This document shows positions 6,934 to 15,470 of a stretch of 51,920 bases of DNA, piece by piece. This DNA comes from a virus (Duplodnaviria > Caudoviricetes). Position 1 is the first letter of the stretch; each line of letters begins with the position of its first letter. The stretch is from IMG/VR virus record IMGVR_UViG_3300025154_000017, positions 1 through 51,920 of that record; one strand, given 5' to 3'. Both the position numbers and the translations under genes were made by a program. Under the pieces are notes generated by a model, which worked only from the letters and a program-made list of their open reading frames with translations, had not been told where the DNA came from and made no database searches.

Positions 6934-9381
6934 CTATTTATAATAACTGTTAAAAACTTCACATAATTGATATTCGCAGTTATGCACAAGAATACCATTT
7001 GCAAAGTATTCATGTTCATCCTCCACGGTTATATCATAAACGGTTTTTTGTCCTCCTGGCTTTTCCCGCACATTGACGAGAGCAGAAAGTAGTTTTGCTC
7101 CATCTATTTGATCTAAACGTGTTTCCGCATAAGGAACATATCCTATCTTCATAATACTTTGTTGCAATACGAGCCAATCGTGTAATTCTCCTATTCTTGC
7201 AACTAATACAGCAGTATTTTGGTCGCCTTCTAAGTTTTGTTTGGAAAACGGCTTTGCATTCTTCGCAAACCGCAGAATACTCTTCACCATATATAGCGTG
7301 TTCAGCATTCTTAATATGCCACGCTCTTCCGTCAGGTGATTTATGCCATTCTGATGCTTTAGGTTGGGCCTTTTCTTGCAATACATCTTTAAGCATCTGC
7401 TTATAAGCATCAGACTTACATTCGTAATGGCTACCCATATGCTCTTTATAAGTAATAAGATTGAGATTTTCAATTTTATTATTGCTAAAATCACCATCAA
7501 TGTGATGTATCGTAAGTCCCTTTTGAATTTGCCCGTTATGCTTTTGCCATATGTACTGATGGAGATAAATCTTTTTCCATATCCCTGTTTCTTTTGTCCA
7601 TCCTTTGAAATAGTTCCGATCACTTGGTCTGTCTGCATTAGGGTATCTGTGAAATTTATACCCATCAATAATAATAGTTTCTCTATCCATGTCTTTTTTA
7701 TTGCAAAGATACTAATAATATTCTTTGCCGTCAGACTTGATACCATAATAAATTGACCACTTGCATAAATTTTATGATCCGGGGTGCAACTTAAGTTACG
7801 ATCACCTACGCTATACTTTTTTACTTCCTTATTATAAAATTTTCGTTTATCTATTACTTTTTTAAATCCCTTTCTTGTCAATACATTATCCCCGACTTTA
7901 ATCTTACTTATAGCCTTATTGCCCTTATCTGTAATAATTATTGTTTCGCCCACAAAACAAGTATCTGACAAATGGCCGTACTTCTGATACCTGTCACCTG
8001 TTTCTTTGTCTGTAACAATGTGTTTATCTTTTGCTCCGTTTATGTCCTGTTTGACGTACATCATATCAGCGACCATCAATTTGCAACTCTCGTCAATCAG
8101 TATTCTTATCGGTAATTTCTCTTCAAAGATACGGTTTATAAAGTCACGGCGTTTAGTAATCGACGGGTTCTGTCGCATCATCCTCGCTGATCCGTTTGTC
8201 AGAAACCTCCTTAATTTGTATTCAATGATCTCGTAATGATGCTTGAACTCTTTGTTCATTGTTGACCGTGCCCTGCCCGATGCATCACCGTAATAGTAAA
8301 TAGCAGATTTATGAGCATTATATCGCATCAGTATTTCTTCACAGACCTCTTCAGTTGAGTTACGAGGGTTTTCAAGTGCGATCTCGTCAATGCAATAGGA
8401 CCACCAAATATCATCCTTGCGCTCAAACTGCCAAATAGAACATGAATTGTAAGGAACGGAGTTTTGGTCAAACGAGATATGCAACGGCTTTGTTTTGTCG
8501 TAGGTACACTTGCCGACGTGTTTAAGGCGGTCAAAGGATGAATAGAACTCTCCCCCGGTTTGAGTGAAAGGGTTCCCGAATACAAGGGCACGGCCACGTT
8601 CCTCTGAGTTGTTGTCTAATATGCTTTGTATATAATTCTCTCCGACATTTTTAACATTGTGATAAGTAGATGATATCACCGCAAACTTATCACCTACTCG
8701 TTTCTCAAAGAACGTTTCACGGGAATATATCTTTGAGTTTATTTCTTCGACGTAGTTTTCTAAATTGAACCACTTCGAAATCCACTCTGTTTTTGCCGGT
8801 GAAGTTGTGATAAAAAGAGGATTGTATTGTTGATCTGGTTTACCCGTATGAGATAATTGGCCATTCACAAGGTACATTCCTTTTTTTCGTAGCCGCCCCA
8901 TAATAATCTCCTTCACGTCGGTCTCATCGGTATCTTTAGTCTCATCTAGGAACGCATAAGATATTTCCTTTCCTTCATGGTTTTTTGCGTTATCCATTGA
9001 GCCAATGAATATAATAGCTCCATTGATAAACGAAATAATGTTATGATAACTCTCAAAGTTATGACCATGCTTTTTAAAATGCTCTGGTGGTGTTTTGCCT
9101 ATAACGTATTGACCCCACGGGGAAGAATCTTTGCTATATTCTATTATGCCTACGGACTTCCAATATTCTCTGATCCTGAAAAGAGTTGCTGTGTTTAGCT
9201 GATCATAAAAATTTGCCCCAACAAAACCCACCGCATCGGGAAACGTTCTGATAAGCTGATATAATTTAATACCGCTTAAATGTGACTTCCCCGATCCAAG
9301 CCCTGCCAAAAATAAGTTTATAGAAGCAGTACTTTTTAATATTGCTTTCTGTGGAGCGGAAACTTCTTGTTCAATTTGCAT
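6934..9381 (-). CDS. terL: Terminase large subunit, intein-containing
   Basis: Walker A GLGSGKS, Walker B FLDE, ITTSP coupling motif, nuclease ISFD..GDASG..GHLSD; probable ATG at 9381 (track start 9405). Confidence 0.95.
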   Translation of the reverse strand: MQIEQEVSAPQKAILKSTASINLFLAGLGSGKSHLSGIKLYQLIRTFPDAVGFVGANFYDQLNTATLFRIREYWKSVGIIEYSKDSSPWGQYVIGKTPPEHFKKHGHNFESYHNIISFINGAIIFIGSMDNAKNHEGKEISYAFLDETKDTDETDVKEIIMGRLRKKGMYLVNGQLSHTGKPDQQYNPLFITTSPAKTEWISKWFNLENYVEEINSKIYSRETFFEKRVGDKFAVISSTYHNVKNVGENYIQSILDNNSEERGRALVFGNPFTQTGGEFYSSFDRLKHVGKCTYDKTKPLHISFDQNSVPYNSCSIWQFERKDDIWWSYCIDEIALENPRNSTEEVCEEILMRYNAHKSAIYYYGDASGRARSTMNKEFKHHYEIIEYKLRRFLTNGSARMMRQNPSITKRRDFINRIFEEKLPIRILIDESCKLMVADMMYVKQDINGAKDKHIVTDKETGDRYQKYGHLSDTCFVGETIIITDKGNKAISKIKVGDNVLTRKGFKKVIDKRKFYNKEVKKYSVGDRNLSCTPDHKIYASGQFIMVSSLTAKNIISIFAIKKTWIEKLLLLMGINFTDTLMQTDQVIGTISKDGQKKQGYGKRFISISTYGKSITGKFKRDLRYITLMVILAIIKLKISILLLIKSIWVAITNVSLMLISRCLKMYCKKRPNLKHQNGINHLTEERGILRMLNTLYMVKSILRFAKNAKPFSKQNLEGDQNTAVLVARIGELHDWLVLQQSIMKIGYVPYAETRLDQIDGAKLLSALVNVREKPGGQKTVYDITVEDEHEYFANGILVHNCEYQLCEVFNSYYK
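7034..7690 (-). CDS. HNH homing endonuclease with Zn fingers, nested out of frame in the intein
   Basis: YLHQYIW...IHHIDGDFSNNKIENL...EH HNH motif plus four CxxC/CxxxC pairs; -1 frame relative to terL. Confidence 0.92.
   Translation of the reverse strand: MDRETIIIDGYKFHRYPNADRPSDRNYFKGWTKETGIWKKIYLHQYIWQKHNGQIQKGLTIHHIDGDFSNNKIENLNLITYKEHMGSHYECKSDAYKQMLKDVLQEKAQPKASEWHKSPDGRAWHIKNAEHAIYGEEYSAVCEECKAVFQTKLRRRPKYCCISCKNRRITRLARIATKYYEDRICSLCGNTFRSNRWSKTTFCSRQCAGKARRTKNRL
7704..7711 (-). promoter_or_regulatory. Internal Bacteroidota -7 promoter element for the nested HNH
   Basis: TATCTTTG 13 nt upstream of the HNH ATG; TCTG 20 nt further upstream. Confidence 0.6.
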
Positions 9382-10150
9382 AGACCTCAATATATTTTCC
9401 CTCAACTAACTTCATACCTTTCTTCCAATTACGCTGAACTCCCTTCTTCCCCTTATTCCACGGCTTATGGCCGGTTTTTAATCCCTTGTTCCACGGAACA
9501 TAGCCAACCTTCGCCACACTTAATTTAGACTTATGTTCTTCCGTTAATTTTCTTCCTTTTTGTGCCTCACTCATCTTCTTTCTGATCTCTAACGATGGTG
9601 ATTTATGTTTTTTGCCTTTATGTATTCTACTTTGTTTTAATTTTGTTTCTTCGGATGGCCTAATCCCCATGTGAGACTTACTGATTTTTCTCTTAGTTTC
9701 TTCGGATAAACGCTTACCCAGATGTGATCTTCGACCCCTTTCTATTGATTCCGCACTCCGCTTGCGCCCCCTCCTTGAATTACTCATCTTTAATTTTGCT
9801 TCTTCTGAGTGTTTTCTGCCTCGTATTTTTGCAATTTGCTCCTCAGTCTTCTTTATCCCTAAATTGCTACTTGCGGTAGGGGAACAATTAAAATATGGCT
9901 TATAAGCGTCAATATAAAATTGCTCAATAGGGATTAGGTCGCCCCTGTCACACTCACAAATTATATTAAAGGTTAAATCAGATAATTCATATTTATTGAA
10001 GTGCCTTTGAAGTTTTGGAGAATGATGTTTGTTTGATTTCAAATCATTGATGTGAATATTCCACCTTTTTTCGATCATTATTGAATGACCGATATAACAC
10101 CTCTCTGGTTTACGCTTTGACCTGATTATATATACTCCGCAGTGCATCAC
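9371..10150 (-). CDS. Free-standing GIY-YIG homing endonuclease with NUMOD3 repeats
   Basis: GVYII...YIGHS..R...H, EQFYID, repeated HSEETKxKxS. Confidence 0.92.
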   Translation of the reverse strand: MMHCGVYIIRSKRKPERCYIGHSIMIEKRWNIHINDLKSNKHHSPKLQRHFNKYELSDLTFNIICECDRGDLIPIEQFYIDAYKPYFNCSPTASSNLGIKKTEEQIAKIRGRKHSEEAKLKMSNSRRGRKRSAESIERGRRSHLGKRLSEETKRKISKSHMGIRPSEETKLKQSRIHKGKKHKSPSLEIRKKMSEAQKGRKLTEEHKSKLSVAKVGYVPWNKGLKTGHKPWNKGKKGVQRNWKKGMKLVEGKYIEVYAN

Positions 10151-10488
10151 TTAATAACTATATCAGGCAGTTCAGGAAATTCCTTAATGCGAATATCAGT
10201 CTCATTCTTTTCTTTCTGTTCAAGGTATTGCTTCCCTAACCACACAAGCATTGTTTTGTCACCTTCCATTGCGACCTCATATTGCTTCTTTCGCAGTAAT
10301 TCTTTGCCTTCTGCTTTCTTTTGTTCGGAAAAAGCCGAATAATCAATATTATTATCGGCCTTACAACGGTTATACAAAGTATCTACTGATATGCCAAACA
10401 TACTCGCAATGCCAACGGCTGAACACTGTGCTTTGATGTGTTCAATAACCACTTCCCAATCTATTATCGCTTTCGGTCTACCTGCCAT
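10147..10488 (-). CDS. terS: Terminase small subunit
   Basis: MAGRP start, HTH, GDKTMLVWLGKQYLEQ motif; upstream of terL. Confidence 0.85.
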   Translation of the reverse strand: MAGRPKAIIDWEVVIEHIKAQCSAVGIASMFGISVDTLYNRCKADNNIDYSAFSEQKKAEGKELLRKKQYEVAMEGDKTMLVWLGKQYLEQKEKNETDIRIKEFPELPDIVIK

Positions 10489-10492
10489 GTTG

Positions 10493-10500
10493 CAAAGTTA
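10493..10500 (-). promoter_or_regulatory. Bacteroidota -7 promoter element (packaging operon)
   Basis: TAACTTTG 4 nt before the terS ATG. Confidence 0.6.
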
Positions 10501-10510
10501 CGCTTTTTTA

Positions 10511-10723
10511 TCATACTATTGTGTCTTCTGAGAAATCGTAAGTAACAGAGCCGACATTGTGAACTATCCGGCACTTGTCGACGATCTTTATAATATCCTG
10601 TTGAACTTCTGAAAGTCTGAAGCGGCTGCACTGTCTTTTGATGTGATCCAGCACCGGTTCATCGCTCATCTCTTCGCAGTCGAGCAGAATATTTGCAATA
10701 TGTATTAAGTCTTTTGATGTCAT
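10511..10723 (-). CDS. Hypothetical protein
   Basis: 70-aa ORF with ATGA coupling. Confidence 0.6.
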   Translation of the reverse strand: MTSKDLIHIANILLDCEEMSDEPVLDHIKRQCSRFRLSEVQQDIIKIVDKCRIVHNVGSVTYDFSEDTIV

Positions 10724-11205
10724 CTGTTTATGATTGTTGCACCTTCAACGTTTATGTTTTCAAGATCATAAGTATTGCTTCCGAGTAAAGTAGTAGGAAA
10801 CGGAAAATCACTTACACGATATTCACGAAAGTAATCAAAGAAACGTCCGAGGTTCTTATCTTGTGCATCATGTATAATAATATAATCAGCACGGTATCGT
10901 AGTTGTTCTATTGCCCACATACGCTGATCCCATGTGCTGAGGTCAACTAATACTACCTTCCAATTATGGCCGTGTATTTTAAATAATTCTTCACTTAACA
11001 ACGTAAAACGGTGATGCGGTGTTTCAAGATGTTTGAAGTTGTCGAGCCACTCCTGGTTATCATCGACGGTTAATATATTCCTATCCTGTGCCAGTGTGTG
11101 TATTTGCTGAGTAGATGAATAACCAGCCCCAAGTTCAAGTATCGGCCCAGTTGTCTGCTGAATAACTTCGTAAAGTATTGGCTGATGTGTTGCTTCGTCT
11201 TTCAT
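10720..11205 (-). CDS. Class I SAM-dependent methyltransferase (probably glycan-modifying)
   Basis: ILELGAGYSS motif I, LVD and IIIHD; coupled to GT genes. Confidence 0.75.
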   Translation of the reverse strand: MKDEATHQPILYEVIQQTTGPILELGAGYSSTQQIHTLAQDRNILTVDDNQEWLDNFKHLETPHHRFTLLSEELFKIHGHNWKVVLVDLSTWDQRMWAIEQLRYRADYIIIHDAQDKNLGRFFDYFREYRVSDFPFPTTLLGSNTYDLENINVEGATIINR

Positions 11206-11969
11206 TTTACGTTATGTGGATATTTTTGTAACCATTGTTTTAATGCTGGATGATCTATCTCGGCTTCTTCACGTGAGATAAATGATTTCTTTGCCCACGG
11301 CTCAGTACGATGAAAAATATCCTCACCACTTTCGAGGCACTTTAAAATATTCTCTTCATTGTTTACGTCTGGCGTGTTGACCTGTTGTTCAGAAAACGAT
11401 CTAATCTTTAGCATGATCTTTTCAGCACCACCCAAAAACGAATAATGCCAGCCACCGTTATCTACTCCGTGCGGATCGCCTCCACGACGATTACGAACAT
11501 CCTGCGGAGAAACAATGTATTTCTTCTTCCAACACATTGAACCGTACCACATCTGAACGGCTTGACAATTCACATAGTAATAAAATAGCTTCTGAAGCAG
11601 TCCGAATTGCTCATACTTTGCAATACCCTCTAAAAGTGCCTCTGGTCGTGCTATCTCGTCGATGTCACCGATAATGATATAATCCTCTGGTCCGGCTTCG
11701 TCAAGGCCGTAAGAGATAAGATTGCGTTGGTAGAACTCATTATCACGTGGATTGTCGTACGGTAGTTCCGGGACGTGAATATAAATTACCTTATCGGCAT
11801 AAGGCTTAAATAACTCTCGGTTCTCAAGATAAAACAAAGGTTTCTCCTCTCTGATATGCGACTGCTCTGCTTCGACTACAACAAAGCGGTCAACCGTGTC
11901 ATACAAAGTCATAAAACGCAATTCGACCAGTTCAACATCATTGAAAAGTGTGACACAATCGTAAATCAT
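11202..11969 (-). CDS. Glycosyltransferase family 17 (beta-1,4-GlcNAc transferase-like)
   Basis: MIYDC..FN.....ELR, VDRFVVVE, E.YQRN, DIDEI and GGWHYSFLG motifs. Confidence 0.9.
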   Translation of the reverse strand: MIYDCVTLFNDVELVELRFMTLYDTVDRFVVVEAEQSHIREEKPLFYLENRELFKPYADKVIYIHVPELPYDNPRDNEFYQRNLISYGLDEAGPEDYIIIGDIDEIARPEALLEGIAKYEQFGLLQKLFYYYVNCQAVQMWYGSMCWKKKYIVSPQDVRNRRGGDPHGVDNGGWHYSFLGGAEKIMLKIRSFSEQQVNTPDVNNEENILKCLESGEDIFHRTEPWAKKSFISREEAEIDHPALKQWLQKYPHNVK

Positions 11970-12712
11970 AAATCCGGAGTTATAAGATGAATGGCGCGAT
12001 ACGAGGTCTCTTGTTCTATTTCAAGCCAAAGAGCCTGATTACGTTCTACTAATTCTTGCGGATGAATACCCTGATTGTAATGCCATTGGTGAAACACCAT
12101 AGGTCGATCAGGTATGTCAATTCTCAATCCGAGATTTCGCACTTGATGAACAAAAACATTGTCCTCATAAGCTATGCCATCTTTTAGTCTTTCATCGAAC
12201 CCGTTTAACTTTCGGAGGTTTGCGGTTGTAATTGCTGTGCAAAAGTGTAAAGCATAAGGACGATAAACAGCGTGATTATACCAACCACTGTCACCGTTAA
12301 ACTCCGCCTGCTTGTCTTTGATTACTTCATTACACGGTGTCTCGCCTTCGGCCAGAGAATAAGCTGGAAATGCAATATAGTTTTCATCCGTGAGGTTTTC
12401 ACGCACATAACCTAATATGTCACCCCAATGATAACACTCGGCGTTCTGAATAACAATAATATCGGGATCACTTTTTAAAGCCTCATGGAAGCCAACGTTG
12501 TGAACCGTACAGGTGTTCTTCCATGTCTTATCTCTTAACTTGACTATCGTAACGTCAAAAGGCAACGGAGGCAAAACAATGTCATCCGGGCTGTCGTCAT
12601 CGACAACAACAACATTAAACGTTTCGGGATCGTATCGATCAAAAGTCTTTAACGTTTCTAACAATAATGCGTGACGCTGATAAAATGTGATTACGATAGT
12701 CAGTTTTGCCAT
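11966..12712 (-). CDS. Glycosyltransferase family 2 (GT7C-like C-terminus)
   Basis: VVVVDDDS, NGFDER..G.AYED and HQWH motifs. Confidence 0.9.
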   Translation of the reverse strand: MAKLTIVITFYQRHALLLETLKTFDRYDPETFNVVVVDDDSPDDIVLPPLPFDVTIVKLRDKTWKNTCTVHNVGFHEALKSDPDIIVIQNAECYHWGDILGYVRENLTDENYIAFPAYSLAEGETPCNEVIKDKQAEFNGDSGWYNHAVYRPYALHFCTAITTANLRKLNGFDERLKDGIAYEDNVFVHQVRNLGLRIDIPDRPMVFHQWHYNQGIHPQELVERNQALWLEIEQETSYRAIHLITPDL

Positions 12713-12891
12713 AACGAAGTTGAGAGTAATTTAATGTGAATATTAAACGAATAGTGTATCATGCGTTGCAGTTCCGATCCAAGATCAATACACTCCCATA
12801 AATGCAAGTCTTCATGTATGAGGTCAAAGTGGCAATCTTCTATGCTCTGAAGATAAAGGAACATCATCCATTGCCGCTTGGTGGTCTTCAC
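12700..12891 (-). CDS. Hypothetical protein
   Basis: 63-aa ORF after a TATATTTG motif. Confidence 0.5.
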   Translation of the reverse strand: MKTTKRQWMMFLYLQSIEDCHFDLIHEDLHLWECIDLGSELQRMIHYSFNIHIKLLSTSLWQN

Positions 12892-12898
12892 CCCATTA

Positions 12899-13135
12899 TT
12901 ATTTACACAAATATAGTTTTTTTTTAATATAAAACATCCTGCGACGTGGTGAAAAGTTGCTGACCTTACGAAGTGAAAACATCACCAATTCATCTTCGGT
13001 TGTCTCGAAAAGCAGCCAATAACTATCGACAATTGTAATACGTCCATAAAGTGATAAAGGGTAATTGCGCCTTTCGCCAAAACCCTCTATACGGCCAAAA
13101 AGACCCTCAATGCGACGAGCTTCCTCAACGGTCAT
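12899..13135 (-). CDS. Hypothetical protein
   Basis: Probable start MTVEEARR at 13135, which avoids overlap with the upstream gene. Confidence 0.55.
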   Translation of the reverse strand: MTVEEARRIEGLFGRIEGFGERRNYPLSLYGRITIVDSYWLLFETTEDELVMFSLRKVSNFSPRRRMFYIKKKLYLCK

Positions 13136-13139
13136 CGTA

Positions 13140-13769
13140 TTATAAAGGAATTGTGAACGTATCTCCGGGCTTAACAAATACTGTATATCTCCCGCGACCT
13201 TCTCCTTCGCCAAGAAAAACATAACAGGCAGGCGTTGCCGTTACCATCGTGTAATTGCAGTATAGGTTTGTAGGCCTCAGTTCTTCGGGGATACCTCTCA
13301 GGGTTTGCGTCACGCCCAAACTATCGATATATTCAAACTCCACGTCATCCCACGGAAAGGTATTGTCAAACCACATTTCATTAAGTGCCAGAAGACGGTC
13401 AGCAGCATTGTAAAGAGAATTCACGTTCTCATATACTTGTGCAATTAGGCTACTGTCAACTTCGACAAGCTCTGGACCGATTGTATCCAACAGTTCCAGG
13501 GAGAATAGAACGTCGGTATAATTTTCAAATTTATCCCACGCTCGTATCAGTACAGTGTTAAACTTTTCGGTTAACCACGATCCTGGTGTAGGCATCTGCT
13601 CAATAGTGTCAATGGCACAATTATCTGTAAACCTCAATAGAGGGCGATAATCCGGAACTGCCGCCCCGCAAGTTTGATCTACAAAAAGGGACTGAGGTGG
13701 GACCTGTGACATCGTGCAGGTACAGCCCGTCACCACGGCAGCGAAAAGAATAAGCATTAATTTTTTCAT
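13140..13769 (-). CDS. Putative lipoprotein with HYR/Ig-like domain
   Basis: MKKLMLILFAAVVTG-C lipobox; PDY...TDNC...Q.P.PGS pattern. Confidence 0.6.
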   Translation of the reverse strand: MKKLMLILFAAVVTGCTCTMSQVPPQSLFVDQTCGAAVPDYRPLLRFTDNCAIDTIEQMPTPGSWLTEKFNTVLIRAWDKFENYTDVLFSLELLDTIGPELVEVDSSLIAQVYENVNSLYNAADRLLALNEMWFDNTFPWDDVEFEYIDSLGVTQTLRGIPEELRPTNLYCNYTMVTATPACYVFLGEGEGRGRYTVFVKPGDTFTIPL

Positions 13770-13788
13770 CTCTTTTTTATTTACAAAG

Positions 13789-14004
13789 TTACATTTTATA
13801 TTCATCTAATCGTTTACCTGACAGACAATACTTCCGTAGTTTTGCCCAAAGTTTTGCGGGTACTTTCGTGTACCTGTCCTCGTGCCTCAGATGACAGAAG
13901 TACGCCGGGCGTGTGCCGAATATCTTTGCTGCACCACGAACAGTTACCTCCTGCTGAAACATATCGCAGAGCATTCTCTCGGCAATGTCTTTGTGTGTTA
14001 TCAT
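13789..14004 (-). CDS. Small hypothetical (possible HTH) protein
   Basis: TVRGAAKIFGTRPAYF resembles a helix-turn-helix. Confidence 0.5.
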   Translation of the reverse strand: MITHKDIAERMLCDMFQQEVTVRGAAKIFGTRPAYFCHLRHEDRYTKVPAKLWAKLRKYCLSGKRLDEYKM

Positions 14005-14090
14005 GCAAACAGGGCAAGTCCGATAAGTATTCCCCCGATTATCACGGCTGCGGCAAGCAAGCCTCCGAATACACTTGGTTTTAGTTTCAT
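14001..14090 (-). CDS. 29-aa single-pass membrane peptide
   Basis: MKLKPSVFGGLLAAAVIIGGILIGLALFA; ATGA-coupled on both sides. Confidence 0.65.
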   Translation of the reverse strand: MKLKPSVFGGLLAAAVIIGGILIGLALFA

Positions 14091-14257
14091 TGTTTTTCTC
14101 CTTTCAATTCTTCAATTGCATCTTTTAGTATTTTTATTCTTCGCTCTATTTTGAACAGCCAAAACTCAATAGAAACTTGGTCTGTATCTTCGGCCCTTAT
14201 CTCATCTCTTATAGAGTCAATGAATCGCTGTAGCTCTTGCCAAATAGTTTCCCTCAT
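14087..14257 (-). CDS. Hypothetical protein
   Basis: Probable start MRETIWQ. Confidence 0.55.
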   Translation of the reverse strand: MRETIWQELQRFIDSIRDEIRAEDTDQVSIEFWLFKIERRIKILKDAIEELKGEKQ

Positions 14258-14409
14258 TTCTCTCCTCCTTTTAATAAATATAAAACATATTGGCATCTAC
14301 CGCAAAGCCATGCCATCCATCTGTACTTATGCTCGTGGCGAACAAAGTCAGAACAAGTCCATACTACTTTAATTTTTCTCCTCATTCCTCTCATCCTTTA
14401 GTTTATAAT

Positions 14410-14580
14410 TTAACCCCTTAATAGCCTGAAGCTCCACTTGCCTATTTGAAGCCTTTTTACTATCCCGTTTCTTTCACTGAACAGCAATGGGTGTTTTATG
14501 ATATTCTTGGCAGCTATGCAATACTTGAATATTCTTATCCACCATTGCCCGTCTCCGAAATAAATGCCTATCGCTTTCAT
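14410..14580 (-). CDS. Hypothetical protein
   Basis: Probable start MKAIGIY, ATGA-coupled. Confidence 0.55.
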   Translation of the reverse strand: MKAIGIYFGDGQWWIRIFKYCIAAKNIIKHPLLFSERNGIVKRLQIGKWSFRLLRG

Positions 14581-15170
14581 TCTCCTCCTCCCGTGTGGTT
14601 GTTCGGTTTTTCCGAACAGGTCATGCGGTTGCGAAACCACTTATCATAGGTCGTCAATACATCAAAAATGTCCATGAGTAATATGTTTTGTTTTAGCCCT
14701 ATCTTATCCATTAGTTCTGCCTTTTTCTTAAATGCCTCTTCCTCTGTCGGCATCTCAAGCATTTTAGGCTTGGGCTCTTTTATGCGGTTGCGAAACCATG
14801 TGGTAAATTTTATAACGGATATTTTAAACTTTTTCTTTTCCTCGTCCGTATTGATTTTCGTCATGCAATATTCATCAAGAAGCCTACTTATAGCCTCTTC
14901 CTCTGTCGGCATCTCGGCTACCTTATTATCCGGGTTAGATGGATCGTGCAGCCAACATGGATGGCCTAATTCATTACAGGTTCTGCAATTCTTTTTTTCA
15001 TCTAACTCAAGTTCTTTCTCGGCTACCTTCGAAAGTGCTGCGGTATATCCTCTCGCAAAGTCTATTTGACTTTCAGAAATATCTCTTTCAAATGCAGGAT
15101 TATCTGCTTCCTCTTTATGTTTCAACTCGGCATATTCGATTGCTTTCTGATTGATTTCCTCAGGTGTCAT
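14577..15170 (-). CDS. Hypothetical protein with internal duplication
   Basis: EMPTEEEA...WFRNR occurs twice; one CxxC. Confidence 0.7.
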   Translation of the reverse strand: MTPEEINQKAIEYAELKHKEEADNPAFERDISESQIDFARGYTAALSKVAEKELELDEKKNCRTCNELGHPCWLHDPSNPDNKVAEMPTEEEAISRLLDEYCMTKINTDEEKKKFKISVIKFTTWFRNRIKEPKPKMLEMPTEEEAFKKKAELMDKIGLKQNILLMDIFDVLTTYDKWFRNRMTCSEKPNNHTGGGE

Positions 15171-15194
15171 TTGCTTATGTTTTGTTTCCAGTAT

Positions 15195-15470
15195 TCAAAA
15201 ATGCTTATGCTTCTCAATCCATTCTTGCGGAGTGACGTATCCCTTCATTTGGCAATACTCCATGTAATACTGCATATTAAGGTACATCTCTTTTGTTGCC
15301 TCGGCTACCTTGAGAGCGGCGTAGGATTCTTCGTCTTTGAGTAGTTTATCGATCCAGTGCATATATACCGCTTCGGATATTGCTTGGCATGAGCGTAAAT
15401 TAAAGATCACCTCTCGTGCAAAATGATATTTACTTTCTTCCGTCTCCGCCTGTTTTCTTTCGTCTGTCAT
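15195..15470 (-). CDS. Hypothetical protein
   Basis: Probable start MTDERKQ, ATGA-coupled. Confidence 0.6.
   Translation of the reverse strand: MTDERKQAETEESKYHFAREVIFNLRSCQAISEAVYMHWIDKLLKDEESYAALKVAEATKEMYLNMQYYMEYCQMKGYVTPQEWIEKHKHF

Larger units (their letters stand above)
6979..7959 (-). mobile_element. Intein (327 aa) in the terminase nuclease domain
   Basis: Block A CFVGETII, block B CTPDHKI, block F VYDITVE, block G ILVHN followed by +1 Cys. Confidence 0.95.

Noticed and set aside
9371-10150. GIY-YIG genes as group I intron cargo
   Set aside because: Both abut or overlap neighbouring intact genes, leaving no room for a ribozyme core.
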